DNA of 64,000 nt from an uncultured Clostridia bacterium (GCA_934757845.1 CAKVLQ010000002.1:54958-118957); one strand, 5' to 3'. Shown: positions 34,394 through 43,730, counted from the first letter of the stretch. The notes: generated from the letters alone by a model not told the origin. Numbers and translations are program-made.

Positions 34394-35134
34394 ATGAAAT
34401 TGCCTTTTTTGATTAAAAAAATTATAAAAAAACTTTTTGATTTTGACTTTGATTTAGATGCAAAAACTATTTTTTATCTTTGTCAAAACGAAGCGTTGCC
34501 AAGCCCATTATCGCTTGATGAAGAAAATTATTATGCTCAAAATCTTTCTTTAATTGGCGATGAATATGAAGAAATTAGAAACGAAGCCCGAAATAAACTT
34601 ATTGAACATAATCTTCGGCTTGTTGTTTATATTGCCAAAAAGTTTGATAACACGGGTGAAAGTTTGGAAGATTTGATTTCGGTTGGTTCTATTGGGCTTA
34701 TTAAGGCAATTAAAAGTTTTAATTTGGAAAAGAATATAAAACTTGCCACTTTTGCTTCAAGGTGCATAGAAAATGAAATTTTAATGTTTTTGCGAAAAAC
34801 AGTTAAAACCAAAAATGAAATTAGTTTGGAAGAACCACTTAATGTTGATAGTGAAGGAAATGAACTTGTGCTTGCTGATGTAATAACGCTTGATAGTGAT
34901 AGTGTTACAAAAAATTTGGAGAGTGCTTGTGAACAAAAAATTTTGCTAGACCTAGTAAGCAAACTTGGAAAACGAGAGCAGGAGATTATAAACTTGCGGT
35001 TTGGGCTTAATAATTTTGAAGAAAAAACTCAAAAGGAAGTTGCCGATATGCTTGGAATTAGTCAAAGTTATATTTCAAGAATTGAAAAAAAGATTATAAT
35101 GAAACTTAAAAAAGAGATTGTTAAAGTGATTTAA
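34394..35134 (+). CDS. sigE: sporulation sigma factor E (pro-sigma-E)
   Basis: Pro-sequence followed by NEALPSPLSLDEE, NLRLVVYIAKKFDNTGESLEDLISVGSIGLIKAIKSF, ATFASRCIENEILMFLRK, and the region 4 HTH TQKEVADMLGISQSYISRIEKK. Confidence 0.92.
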   Translation: MKLPFLIKKIIKKLFDFDFDLDAKTIFYLCQNEALPSPLSLDEENYYAQNLSLIGDEYEEIRNEARNKLIEHNLRLVVYIAKKFDNTGESLEDLISVGSIGLIKAIKSFNLEKNIKLATFASRCIENEILMFLRKTVKTKNEISLEEPLNVDSEGNELVLADVITLDSDSVTKNLESACEQKILLDLVSKLGKREQEIINLRFGLNNFEEKTQKEVADMLGISQSYISRIEKKIIMKLKKEIVKVI

Positions 35135-35241
35135 TCTTTATTTATTAAATTTATTATTAATTACTTTTTGATTGAAAATTAATTCTTGATAAAAATATTA
35201 TTTTAATGAAATTCTGTTTTATGTTAACAAAATATTTTTAT

Positions 35242-35275
35242 AAAAAAGGAAGCATGATTGCTTCCTTAATTTTTG
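35242..35275. terminator. bidirectional terminator (sigE / ABC binding protein)
   Basis: Stem AAGGAAGC/GCTTCCTT with A-run and T-run flanks. Confidence 0.7.
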
Positions 35276-35317
35276 CTTATTAAATTTTATGGTTTTGTTG
35301 AAAGTTTGATTTTATCA

Positions 35318-36301
35318 TTATGCAACAATTTTTTTTGCTATTGTGTTGTCAACAACTTTGCCAATATCAACTCTTGTTGTAAGTTCGCCAGCATTAATTA
35401 GCATATCTAACAATCGATTATATGATTGTTCTGTCATAACTGGACTTGAACACCAAGCATCAATTCTTTTATAACTTTCAATGCTTGCTTTTATGCTTTC
35501 ATCACTTGAAGATGAGAAACTTGGTTTTAAACTTTTAACAACATCATCAATGTCAGCGGTCATAATAAAGTTATATGCTTTTTGAATTGCTTTTAAGAAG
35601 TTTTCAATTTTTTCTGGGTTTGATGCAATATAACTTTTGTTTGCCGAGAAACAAGTGAAAGGAATTTCTCCTGCTTCTTGACCAACGGAAGCCACAATAT
35701 AGCCTTTATTTTCACGCACAAGTTCGCTTGCAGTTGGCTCAAAAACAGTAACATAATCAGCAGTTCCGCCAGTGAAAGCACCAACAGTGTTATTAAATGA
35801 TACACTCAAATCAAAGTTTAGGTCGGTTTTTATGTTAAGACCATTTTTTTCGATTGCGTATTGCAAACTCATGGCAGGTGAGCCACCTTTTCTTCCAGCA
35901 ATGATGTGTTTGTCTTTTAAGTTTTTCCAATCAAAATTAGGCTCGTTAACTTTTCCAACAAGGAAACTTCCATCACGCTTTGTTAATTGACCAAAAATCA
36001 ATGGAGCGTCTTGTTTTCCGCCAGCGTTAACATAAACACCAGTTTCAGGTCCCATTAAGGCAATATCGGCAGAATCGCTTAATAACGCTGTCATTGAAGC
36101 ATCTGAACCACCGCCGTTTGTAAGTTCAATTTTGTAGCCATATTCTGCAAAATATCCATTATTTATTGCCACATATAATGGGGCATAGAATATGCTGTGA
36201 GTAACTTCGTTTATTCTTATCAAATTATTGTCTTTGCAACCAAAAAGCATGGTGCTAAATCCAATAAAAAAAGCAAGAATAACTATTGCTATTTTTTTCA
36301 T
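35318..36301 (-). CDS. ABC transporter substrate-binding lipoprotein, NMT1/THI5 (NitT/TauT) type
   Basis: Lipobox MLFGC, AGGAGG RBS, periplasmic-binding-like sequence. Confidence 0.75.
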   Translation of the reverse strand: MKKIAIVILAFFIGFSTMLFGCKDNNLIRINEVTHSIFYAPLYVAINNGYFAEYGYKIELTNGGGSDASMTALLSDSADIALMGPETGVYVNAGGKQDAPLIFGQLTKRDGSFLVGKVNEPNFDWKNLKDKHIIAGRKGGSPAMSLQYAIEKNGLNIKTDLNFDLSVSFNNTVGAFTGGTADYVTVFEPTASELVRENKGYIVASVGQEAGEIPFTCFSANKSYIASNPEKIENFLKAIQKAYNFIMTADIDDVVKSLKPSFSSSSDESIKASIESYKRIDAWCSSPVMTEQSYNRLLDMLINAGELTTRVDIGKVVDNTIAKKIVA

Positions 36302-36391
36302 TTTTTCCTCCTTATAAAATTATCATATTAAAATTTTAAAAAAAATGTTAAATTATTGTTTTTTTTAATAATTTGTGATAATATATTTGTT

Positions 36392-36940
36392 ATGGATAGA
36401 AAATTAACTACTGCAAACATTTTAACAATTTTCAGAATCGTATTGGTTCCGTTTTTTATTCTTTTTTATTTGGACGCAACTTTTTATCTTGATGGTTTTC
36501 CACTTTTTGCTGTTCTAACTTTTTTGCTTGCGTTCTTTACGGATATTTTAGATGGTCTTATTGCAAGAAGTGCAAATCAAATAACAAATCTTGGAAAAGT
36601 TTTAGACCCACTAGCCGACAAAATTTTAAGATTAAGCATTATGTGTTGCTTTATGATAAAACAAGTGCTTCCATTTTATTTGTTTGTTATTCTGCTTTGC
36701 ATTGATTTGGTTTCTATAATATTAAGTTCAATTTTGTATTTTAACAAAATAACTGTTAAAGCAAATTGGTTTGGAAAATTAACAACCATGTTTATGGGGG
36801 CAGCATTATTTTCGTGCTTCTTTCATATTGCAATTAATCCTTATGACATAATTGCAGTGGCTGTGGCAGTGGTTCTTGCTATTATAGCAATCATTCAATA
36901 TATTGTTAAATATGTTAAAATTTACAAAAAAACCAAATAA
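36392..36940 (+). CDS. pgsA: CDP-alcohol phosphatidyltransferase (PgsA-like)
   Basis: ANILTIFRIVLVPFF and FFTDILDGLIARSANQITNLGKVLDPLADK (the DGx2ARx8Gx3Dx3D motif). Confidence 0.8.
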   Translation: MDRKLTTANILTIFRIVLVPFFILFYLDATFYLDGFPLFAVLTFLLAFFTDILDGLIARSANQITNLGKVLDPLADKILRLSIMCCFMIKQVLPFYLFVILLCIDLVSIILSSILYFNKITVKANWFGKLTTMFMGAALFSCFFHIAINPYDIIAVAVAVVLAIIAIIQYIVKYVKIYKKTK

Positions 36941-37008
36941 ATTTTAAATTGGGTATTGACGAAATGTTTTTTATTGACTATAATAAAAATATATTTTAGG
37001 AGAATTTT

Positions 37009-37257
37009 ATGTTAATCAGTTTATTAAATGCAACAAAAACATTAATTGATGCACTAACAACAACAGAATTTTTAACTTCTTTAATTTTGGGTGCTTTGGG
37101 CTTTGCCATTATTTGTCTTGCAAGACGAATTACAAAAACAATAAGAAAAACCAATTTTATTGCAAGTGATGACAGAGTTTATATTTCATTTAAACTTGTT
37201 GGAATGATTTTGGTTGTTATTGCCTTTGTTATGCTTATGGTTGGAAGTTTAAAATAA
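37009..37257 (+). CDS. small two-TM membrane protein
   Basis: AGGAG RBS, two hydrophobic segments, 82 aa. Confidence 0.45.
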   Translation: MLISLLNATKTLIDALTTTEFLTSLILGALGFAIICLARRITKTIRKTNFIASDDRVYISFKLVGMILVVIAFVMLMVGSLK

Positions 37258-37349
37258 CAAAAAATCCATTTTTGGTGGATTTTTTTTATATTAAAAAAAT
37301 TTATTAATTGATTAATTTTTAAAGGCTTATTAATTTCGATAAGTCTTTT

Positions 37350-38177
37350 TTAATATTTTTTGAAATGCTTTTCAAACAAGGCAACAAAATAATACATAAG
37401 CCCTGCAAGAATGCATAAAATTACTGTTGCGGTCATAACCAAATCAAGTTTAAACACTTGACCGCCATAAACAATCAAATATCCAAGACCGGCTTTGCTA
37501 ACAAGATATTCGCCCATAATTGTTCCAATCCATGTCATACCAACATTTATTTTTAGCAAACTTATAAATTCGGGCATAGCGTTTGGAATTATTAATTTTG
37601 TTAAGATTTGAAATTTGTTTGCTCCCATGCTTTTTAGAAGCATGATTTTGTCATTGTCGCAAGAAATAAAGGCAGAAAGCATAGTTAAAATTGTGATAAT
37701 TATTGTGATTAATATTGCCATAACAATTATGCTTTTTGTTCCTGCACCAAACCAAATTATGATAATTGGTCCAAGGGCAATTTTTGGAAGACTGTTTAAA
37801 ACAACAATATATGGTTCTAATATTTTTCTTGTATATTCACTCCACCATAAAATAATTGCAATTAGAGTTCCAAGACCTGTTGCCAAAACAAAACCAATTA
37901 TGGCTTCTTTTAAAGTTATCCAAATATGATAGAAAAGTTCGCCCGAATTATAGAGCATAACTGTTTGATTGATTATTCGTGATGGGGAACTGAAAATAAA
38001 ACTATCCATCACTCCAACGCGTGTTAAAAGTTCCCACAAGGCAAGCAAAAAAACAAGAAGCAAAATTCGTGCTGATATTATAAAAGCCTTTTTTTGCTTT
38101 TCTTTTTTCAAATATTTTTTGTGTTCTTGTGAAAAATTTAATGAATTTATCTTTTTGTTTTTTTTATTATTTTTCAT
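37350..38177 (-). CDS. ABC transporter permease (NitT/TauT family)
   Basis: Polytopic protein with an EAA-like loop LLKSMGANKFQILTKLIIPNAMP. The ATG at 38177 overlaps the ATPase stop. Confidence 0.85.
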   Translation of the reverse strand: MKNNKKNKKINSLNFSQEHKKYLKKEKQKKAFIISARILLLVFLLALWELLTRVGVMDSFIFSSPSRIINQTVMLYNSGELFYHIWITLKEAIIGFVLATGLGTLIAIILWWSEYTRKILEPYIVVLNSLPKIALGPIIIIWFGAGTKSIIVMAILITIIITILTMLSAFISCDNDKIMLLKSMGANKFQILTKLIIPNAMPEFISLLKINVGMTWIGTIMGEYLVSKAGLGYLIVYGGQVFKLDLVMTATVILCILAGLMYYFVALFEKHFKKY

Positions 38178-38967
38178 CTTTAATATTACTCCAAATTTGT
38201 TCAAAATATTTTGAAAAATTTTTGTTTTCCCGTCTTTTAAGCGGAAGCCCGCTTTCTTTTAAGTTTATGTCAACAATTTGTTTAATTTTTGCGGGTCTTT
38301 TTGTTAAAATTATAACTTTGTCTGCAAGACTTATTGCTTCGCTGATATCGTGAGTTACCAAAATTGCCGTTTTGTGTTCTTTGCTGATTATTGAACTTAT
38401 GTCATCGCAAACATTAAGCCGTGTTTGAAAGTCTAGGGCAGAAAAAGGCTCGTCAAGAAGCAAAATTTTTGGATTTAGTGCTAAAGTTCTAATTAACGCC
38501 ACCCGTTGACGCATTCCGCCTGAAAGTTCCCGAGGGTGTTTGTTTTTAAAATCTTTTAATCCATATTTTTCAAGCAAAAAAGATATATATTCTTCTTTTG
38601 CCTTTTTGTCTTGTTTAGTAAGTTTTTTGTCAAATTCAAGACCTAATTTTACATTTTCAAAAATTGTTCGCCATTCAAAAAGGTGGTCTTTTTGAAACAT
38701 ATAGCCAATAGTGTTTTCAAAAGAGGTTTTGCCACCAGTTTTTTCATGAATTTTTTTGTTTTCAAGCAAAATTTCGCCCGATGATTTTGAAATTAATCCG
38801 CCAATCATATTAAGTATTGTTGTTTTTCCACAGCCTGACGGACCAACTATGGCAACAAATTCGCCACTGTTAACATCAAACGAGATGTTGTCAACGGCTT
38901 TTATTTCGCCGTCTTTTGAATGATATGTTAAACTTAAATTTTTTATTGATAGTAATGGTTCTTTCAT
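38167..38967 (-). CDS. ABC transporter ATP-binding protein
   Basis: GPSGCGKTT, LSGGMRQRVALIRTL, LLLDEPFSALD, VTHD. Confidence 0.92.
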   Translation of the reverse strand: MKEPLLSIKNLSLTYHSKDGEIKAVDNISFDVNSGEFVAIVGPSGCGKTTILNMIGGLISKSSGEILLENKKIHEKTGGKTSFENTIGYMFQKDHLFEWRTIFENVKLGLEFDKKLTKQDKKAKEEYISFLLEKYGLKDFKNKHPRELSGGMRQRVALIRTLALNPKILLLDEPFSALDFQTRLNVCDDISSIISKEHKTAILVTHDISEAISLADKVIILTKRPAKIKQIVDINLKESGLPLKRRENKNFSKYFEQIWSNIKDEK

Positions 38968-39063
38968 GATTTTTCCTTTTTATCTTTCGATATATTTCAT
39001 TATATTTAAACAAAACTTTTAAGGTTACTTTACAAAATTTTTTGTTTTTGATAAAATAAAAAT

Positions 39064-39654
39064 ATGAAAAATTGTGAATATGTAAAAGGGTGCTATAAAA
39101 AATCTGATTTTATTTTTGACGATAAGTTTGAAGTTTGCTTTGCTGGAAGGTCGAATTGTGGAAAAAGCAGTTTGATTAATGCAATTTTTAATAACAATCG
39201 TTTGGCAAAAACAAGCGGGACGCAAGGCAAAACTAAACTAATAAATTATTTTTTGGTTGACAAAAGTTTTTATTTGGTAGATTTGCCAGGATATGGGTTT
39301 CATAAGGCAGGAAAGCAAAATGAAAAAAATTGGTCAAGTTTGATTGAAGATTATTTTGCCGAAAAGGAAGATAAAAAATTTGTGCTTTTGCTTGTGGATA
39401 TTAGGCATAATCCAAGTGAAGACGACAAACAAATGTTAAAATTTTTAAATTTCTATAATCTTCCTTTCAAAATCATTGCAACAAAAAGCGACAAAATTGC
39501 AAAAAGCAAGCGTAACAACCAAAAACTTATGCTTGCAACAAACATGAATGTTGGAAAAGATGATATTATATTTTGTTCAAGCCAAACGAAAGAAAATATT
39601 GATTTAATAAAAAATTTGATTAAAGAAAGGGTAGAGTTAAATGAGATGTCCTAA
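39064..39654 (+). CDS. engB: ribosome biogenesis GTPase EngB/YsxC
   Basis: GRSNCGKSSLINAIF, DLPGYG, TKSDK. Confidence 0.9.
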   Translation: MKNCEYVKGCYKKSDFIFDDKFEVCFAGRSNCGKSSLINAIFNNNRLAKTSGTQGKTKLINYFLVDKSFYLVDLPGYGFHKAGKQNEKNWSSLIEDYFAEKEDKKFVLLLVDIRHNPSEDDKQMLKFLNFYNLPFKIIATKSDKIAKSKRNNQKLMLATNMNVGKDDIIFCSSQTKENIDLIKNLIKERVELNEMS

Positions 39655-40096
39655 TTGTTATGGAAAAGTTGATGGCAAAAATGGAATTTGCCTTAAATGC
39701 GGATTTAAAATGAATAGCCTTGAAAATGCTTCAAACAAAAAAGCAAAAGAACTTAAACGAAGTGGTGATGGCGACCTTGTTATTGAAACAAATGTTTTGC
39801 CAAGTGATGTTAGCAAAAAAAAGTTGCTTTTGTATTGCGGGTTATTAGGTTTTTTTGGCGGTCATTATTTTTATGTTGGAAAATATGTTAGGGCAATATT
39901 AAACCTTGTTATTTCGGTGTATTCTTTTGTTTTTGCATTTTTTGAAGTGTTAAAAATTTCAGGCGACAAAACTTTTGCCTATTTTGAATTTTTTGCATCA
40001 ATATTATTTGCTTTTGTTTTTGTGTTTACTATCATTGATTTTATTAATATTGCTTTAAACAAATTTAAAGTTCCAGTTTATGTTCCAAAAAAGTAA
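39641..40096 (+). CDS. zinc-ribbon plus TM2-domain membrane protein
   Basis: N-terminal CPNCYG...CLKCG. TM2-like segment LLLYCGLLGFFGGHYFYVGKY. Overlaps engB by 14 nt. Confidence 0.6.
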   Translation: MRCPNCYGKVDGKNGICLKCGFKMNSLENASNKKAKELKRSGDGDLVIETNVLPSDVSKKKLLLYCGLLGFFGGHYFYVGKYVRAILNLVISVYSFVFAFFEVLKISGDKTFAYFEFFASILFAFVFVFTIIDFINIALNKFKVPVYVPKK

Positions 40097-40109
40097 AGGA
40101 AAAAGATAT

Positions 40110-40316
40110 ATGAAAAACGAAAAGAGTAAATTTATATTAAAAGAAAAAAGTGGAAATTTTGATTTTGAAAATTTAAAATTAGATGAAAATGGAAAATTTA
40201 TAAACGATAAAACTAAAATTGAAATTGATAAAGAGCAAGGCATTGTTACTTTTACAAATGTTTATCCAAATGGTGAAACTCAAAAAATGACTTTGAAATT
40301 AAAAGATAAAAAATAA
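40110..40316 (+). CDS. small hypothetical protein (68 aa)
   Basis: AAAGGAAAAAG RBS-like stretch before the ATG at 40110. The track ORF starts at 40080, inside the previous gene. Confidence 0.4.
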   Translation: MKNEKSKFILKEKSGNFDFENLKLDENGKFINDKTKIEIDKEQGIVTFTNVYPNGETQKMTLKLKDKK

Positions 40317-40323
40317 TACAACC

Positions 40324-40352
40324 TTGACAAATATTGAATTATGAGATATAAT
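40324..40352 (+). promoter_or_regulatory. sigma-A promoter of the 40384 micro-gene
   Basis: TTGACA, 17-nt spacer, TATAAT. Confidence 0.55.
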
Positions 40353-40383
40353 AAAAATATAATTTTTTTATTGGGGGAGTGTT

Positions 40384-40542
40384 ATGGAAAAAGATTATCT
40401 TGATGGTTGGAGAGAATCAACAAGAAAATATGAAGGCGATGGCGAATATGATGCAACCGCTATTGCTATAAAGGCTTATCTTGAAAAACAAGAAGAATTG
40501 AAAAAAGCAAAAAAAGACGAAGAAGAAGGTTTGTCTAAATAA
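40384..40542 (+). CDS. small acidic protein (52 aa), not in the ORF track
   Basis: GGGGAG RBS. Hand translation: MEKDYLDGWRESTRKYEGDGEYDATAIAIKAYLEKQEELKKAKKDEEEGLSK. Confidence 0.4.
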   Translation: MEKDYLDGWRESTRKYEGDGEYDATAIAIKAYLEKQEELKKAKKDEEEGLSK

Positions 40543-40598
40543 TTTTTAATTTTATTATTTTCTTTTAAAAAAAATTTTTACATTTTTAAAAAATTTCG

Positions 40599-40627
40599 TT
40601 GACAAACAAAAAAAAGTGAGATATAAT
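40599..40627 (+). promoter_or_regulatory. sigma-A promoter of the infC-rpmI-rplT operon
   Basis: TTGACA, 17-nt spacer, TATAAT. Confidence 0.6.
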
Positions 40628-40633
40628 AATCAT

Positions 40634-40750
40634 GTTAAAAGTAGAAATATCCATTTCTCACCAAAAAGGCTTAGCTTAGTTGGTCCTAAAAATTTTATTT
40701 AATATAATTTTTTAGTGTGGATATTTGTATATTCACTTTTTTCTTTTATA
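40634..40750 (+). ncRNA. infC operon leader with terminator/antiterminator (L20-leader-like attenuator)
   Basis: Terminator GTGGATAT-TTGT-ATATTCAC plus TTTTTTCTTTT at 40717-40747. The upstream ATATCCA (40647-40653) can pair with TGGATAT of the terminator 5' arm. The position matches the Firmicute L20 leader. Confidence 0.45.
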
Positions 40751-40762
40751 AGGGGGATTTTA

Positions 40763-41272
40763 ATTATTAAAGAATTATTAATTAACGAACAAATTGTTGC
40801 AAAAGAAGTTAGGCTTGTTGGTGAAAACGGCGAGCAACTTGGAATTGTAAGTTTGAGTGAAGCATTAAATTTAAGCAAAGAAAAAGACCTTGACCTTGCT
40901 TTGATTTCACCAAATGCAAATCCTGCTGTGTGCAAACTTATGGATTATGGCAAATATAGATTTGACCAAATCAAAAAAGAAAAAGAAGCACGCAAAAAAA
41001 ACAAGGCTCAAGAAATTAAAACAATTCAATTATCATTAACTATTGGCGACTATGATATTAATTATCGTGTTAAAAACGCCAAAAATTTCTTGGAAGAAGG
41101 CAATAAAGTTAAAGTTAGCATTCGATTAAAAGGTCGTCAACAGGCTTATCCAGAACAAGGCATTGAAATTATGAAAAAATTTGCAAGTCTTATTGGTGAT
41201 GCTGGGGTGATTGAAAAAGAACCTAAACTAGAAGGAAGAGATATAACCATGATAATTGGTCAAAAAAAATAA
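40763..41272 (+). CDS. infC: translation initiation factor IF-3, non-canonical ATT start
   Basis: AGGGGGA RBS followed by ATTATT. Homology begins at IIKELLINEQIVAKEVRLVGENG. The track ORF N-terminus (from 40715) is the leader terminator. Confidence 0.9.
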   Translation: MIKELLINEQIVAKEVRLVGENGEQLGIVSLSEALNLSKEKDLDLALISPNANPAVCKLMDYGKYRFDQIKKEKEARKKNKAQEIKTIQLSLTIGDYDINYRVKNAKNFLEEGNKVKVSIRLKGRQQAYPEQGIEIMKKFASLIGDAGVIEKEPKLEGRDITMIIGQKK

Positions 41273-41290
41273 TTTAAAGGAGAATTTATT

Positions 41291-41485
41291 ATGCCAAAAC
41301 AAAAAAGTCATAGTGGCGCAAAAAAACGATTTAAAGTTTTAAAAAGCGGTTTAGTTAAAAGAAACAAACAAAACAGAAGACACATTTTAACTAAAAAAAC
41401 AACAAAAAGAAAAAGAGATTTAAGACAAGCAACTTATGTTTCTAAAGCACAAGAAAAAACTATTAGAAACATGGTTAGCGTATAG
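41291..41485 (+). CDS. rpmI: 50S ribosomal protein L35
   Basis: [16 protein letters not shown]. Confidence 0.96.
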   Translation: MPKQKSHSGAKKRFKVLKSGLVKRNKQNRRHILTKKTTKRKRDLRQATYVSKAQEKTIRNMVSV

Positions 41486-41496
41486 GGGGCTAGGAT

Positions 41497-41847
41497 ATGA
41501 GAATTAAAAGAAGTAATAACGCATTAAAAAAGCGTAGAAAAGTTTTAAAACAAGCAAAAGGATATTGGGGAAGTCATTCAAGACTATATCGTGTTGCAAA
41601 ACAAAGCGTTAGAAAAGCCGAAAGCCATGCTTATATTGGAAGAAGAAACAAAAAACGAGATTTCAGAACACTATGGATTGCTCGTATCAATGCTGCTTGC
41701 AGACTAAACGACATTAGTTATTCAAAATTCATGCATGGTCTTAAAGCAAACAATATTAACCTAAACAGAAAAGTTTTAAGCGAAATGGCAATTAGTGATG
41801 CTGAAGCATTTAAACTACTTTGCGAAACTGCTAAAAAATCAATCTAA
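41497..41847 (+). CDS. rplT: 50S ribosomal protein L20
   Basis: MRIKRSNNALKKRRKVLKQAKGYWG. Confidence 0.96.
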   Translation: MRIKRSNNALKKRRKVLKQAKGYWGSHSRLYRVAKQSVRKAESHAYIGRRNKKRDFRTLWIARINAACRLNDISYSKFMHGLKANNINLNRKVLSEMAISDAEAFKLLCETAKKSI

Positions 41848-41948
41848 TTAATTTTGTTTTAAAAGTGCCTTGTGCACTTTTTTTAAAAAAATTTTTAATT
41901 AAAAGTAAAATTAAATTTTGGTTTTACATATAAATTTAAGTGAAAGTT

Positions 41949-43115
41949 ATGAATTTAATCAAAAAGGTTTTTATAAAAAATTATCAAAACACAGAAGATA
42001 GTGCCGTTAGAATTAGATACGGCTTTTTTGCTGGAATATTTGGGCTTGTTACAAATCTTATTTTGTTTGCAACAAAATTTTTTATTGGATTTTTTTGTGG
42101 AAGCATAACTATTATTGCAGATGCTATTAATAACTTATCTGATGTGGGAAGTTCAATTATTATGCTTGTGGGATTTAAACTTTCAAACAAGCCAGCCGAC
42201 AGCAAGCATCCCTTTGGGCACGCAAGATATGAACAAGTTATGGCATTGATTATAAGCGTTGTTGTTTTGATGATTGGTGCAATTTTGTGCAAAAGTTCAA
42301 TCGAAAAATTGGTTTCAAACGAACCCGTTGTTGTAAATAAATTTGTTTATATAATTTTGGGAGTGGGTGTTTTTATAAAGTTTCTTCAAATGATTTTGTA
42401 TTCTAATTTTGCAAAAGCAATTAAAAGTGAAGTTTTGAAGGCTAGTAGTATTGATAGCCGAAATGATATTATTTCAACACTTTGCACAATTTGTGCTATG
42501 ATCTGTATAAACATATTTGGTCAAATCAATTTTAGTTTGGACGGATTGTTTGGGCTTTTGGTTTCAATCTTTATTATTTTTAACAGCATCAAACTGGTTA
42601 AAGATACAATAAGCCCGCTTTTGGGTGAAAGTTTAGACCCAAAATTTGTTCAAAATTTGAAAAATCGAATTTTAAGTTATAGATATGTTTTGGGTGTTCA
42701 TGATTTTATTTTTCACAGTTATGGTGCAAATCATAATTTTGCATCTGTTCATGTTGAAGTTGACAGCAAAACAAACATGATTAAGGCACATAATGTTATT
42801 GACAAAATTGAGCGAACTTTTAAAGAAGATTATAATATTAGTTTGTCTATTCACATTGACCCAGTGCAAATTGGAAATGAAAAAGTTAACAAAAACAAAG
42901 CAAAAATTATTGAAATTTTAAAATCTATTGACAAATCAATTTCAATTCATGATTTTAGAATGATTTTTGAAAAAACTTATGTTAGAGTGTTTTTTGATGT
43001 GGTTATTCCTTTTGGAAAAGACATTAAACTTGAAGACATCAAGCAAACGATAAATGATAAATATAAAAATGAAAAAATTAAATATTTTTTTACAATTAAT
43101 TTGGATAGGGCGTAA
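41949..43115 (+). CDS. cation diffusion facilitator family transporter
   Basis: Six TM helices, IIADAINNLSDV, HPFGHARYE, and a C-terminal cytoplasmic domain. Confidence 0.85.
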   Translation: MNLIKKVFIKNYQNTEDSAVRIRYGFFAGIFGLVTNLILFATKFFIGFFCGSITIIADAINNLSDVGSSIIMLVGFKLSNKPADSKHPFGHARYEQVMALIISVVVLMIGAILCKSSIEKLVSNEPVVVNKFVYIILGVGVFIKFLQMILYSNFAKAIKSEVLKASSIDSRNDIISTLCTICAMICINIFGQINFSLDGLFGLLVSIFIIFNSIKLVKDTISPLLGESLDPKFVQNLKNRILSYRYVLGVHDFIFHSYGANHNFASVHVEVDSKTNMIKAHNVIDKIERTFKEDYNISLSIHIDPVQIGNEKVNKNKAKIIEILKSIDKSISIHDFRMIFEKTYVRVFFDVVIPFGKDIKLEDIKQTINDKYKNEKIKYFFTINLDRA

Positions 43116-43209
43116 AATTGAATTTCATTTTGCTGATTAAAATAAAAATAAATGTTATAAATAAAAAGTGTATTTTTGGCACTTTTTGTTTTTTTTAATC
43201 AAATTTTGT

Positions 43210-43238
43210 TTGACAATATGTTATATAATTTATATAAT
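43210..43238 (+). promoter_or_regulatory. sigma-A promoter of the 43308 gene
   Basis: TTGACA, 17-nt spacer, TATAAT. Confidence 0.55.
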
Positions 43239-43307
43239 TAATATAGAAAATAATCAAACAAGCAAAACAAGTTTTTGTTTGTTAATTTAACATAAAGGGG
43301 AACATAT

Positions 43308-43730
43308 ATGGCAAATGCGTTTGAAGGAACATTTTTAAAAGATTTTGGGAAAAAAGAACTTGATGAATTTTTTGGCAAGTTTTTTAATCTTGACGAAGTT
43401 AGTTATAAGGTTGGAAAAACAAAACAAGGAGAGCCTTATTTTGTTGCAAAAATAACAAATGCGGGCAAAGAATTTAATAGTTACAAATTTAACCAATTTT
43501 GCCTAAATAGTGAAATTAATCCAACTCCTATTTTTGATGATTTTGATTTGATGCAAAAAGCATGGCTAAAATTTGTTGCATCAAAAAACAAAGAAGTTGA
43601 TATAAACGGCATTCCTTATGAAAAAGCATTAGAAAACTATTATTATAATCTTTATATTTCAAAAGCCCTTAAAAAAGACAAAGAACTTAAAGCAATTTTT
43701 GAAAATAAAGAAGAAGAACTTGCAAGATAG
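43308..43730 (+). CDS. hypothetical protein
   Basis: AAGGGGA RBS, 140 aa. No motif recognised. Confidence 0.5.
   Translation: MANAFEGTFLKDFGKKELDEFFGKFFNLDEVSYKVGKTKQGEPYFVAKITNAGKEFNSYKFNQFCLNSEINPTPIFDDFDLMQKAWLKFVASKNKEVDINGIPYEKALENYYYNLYISKALKKDKELKAIFENKEEELAR

Noticed and set aside
40715-40762. N-terminal extension of infC given in the ORF track (MWIFVYSLFSFIRGIL).
   Set aside because: These codons coincide with the leader terminator hairpin and T-run. IF3 homology and the RBS support an ATT start at about 40763.
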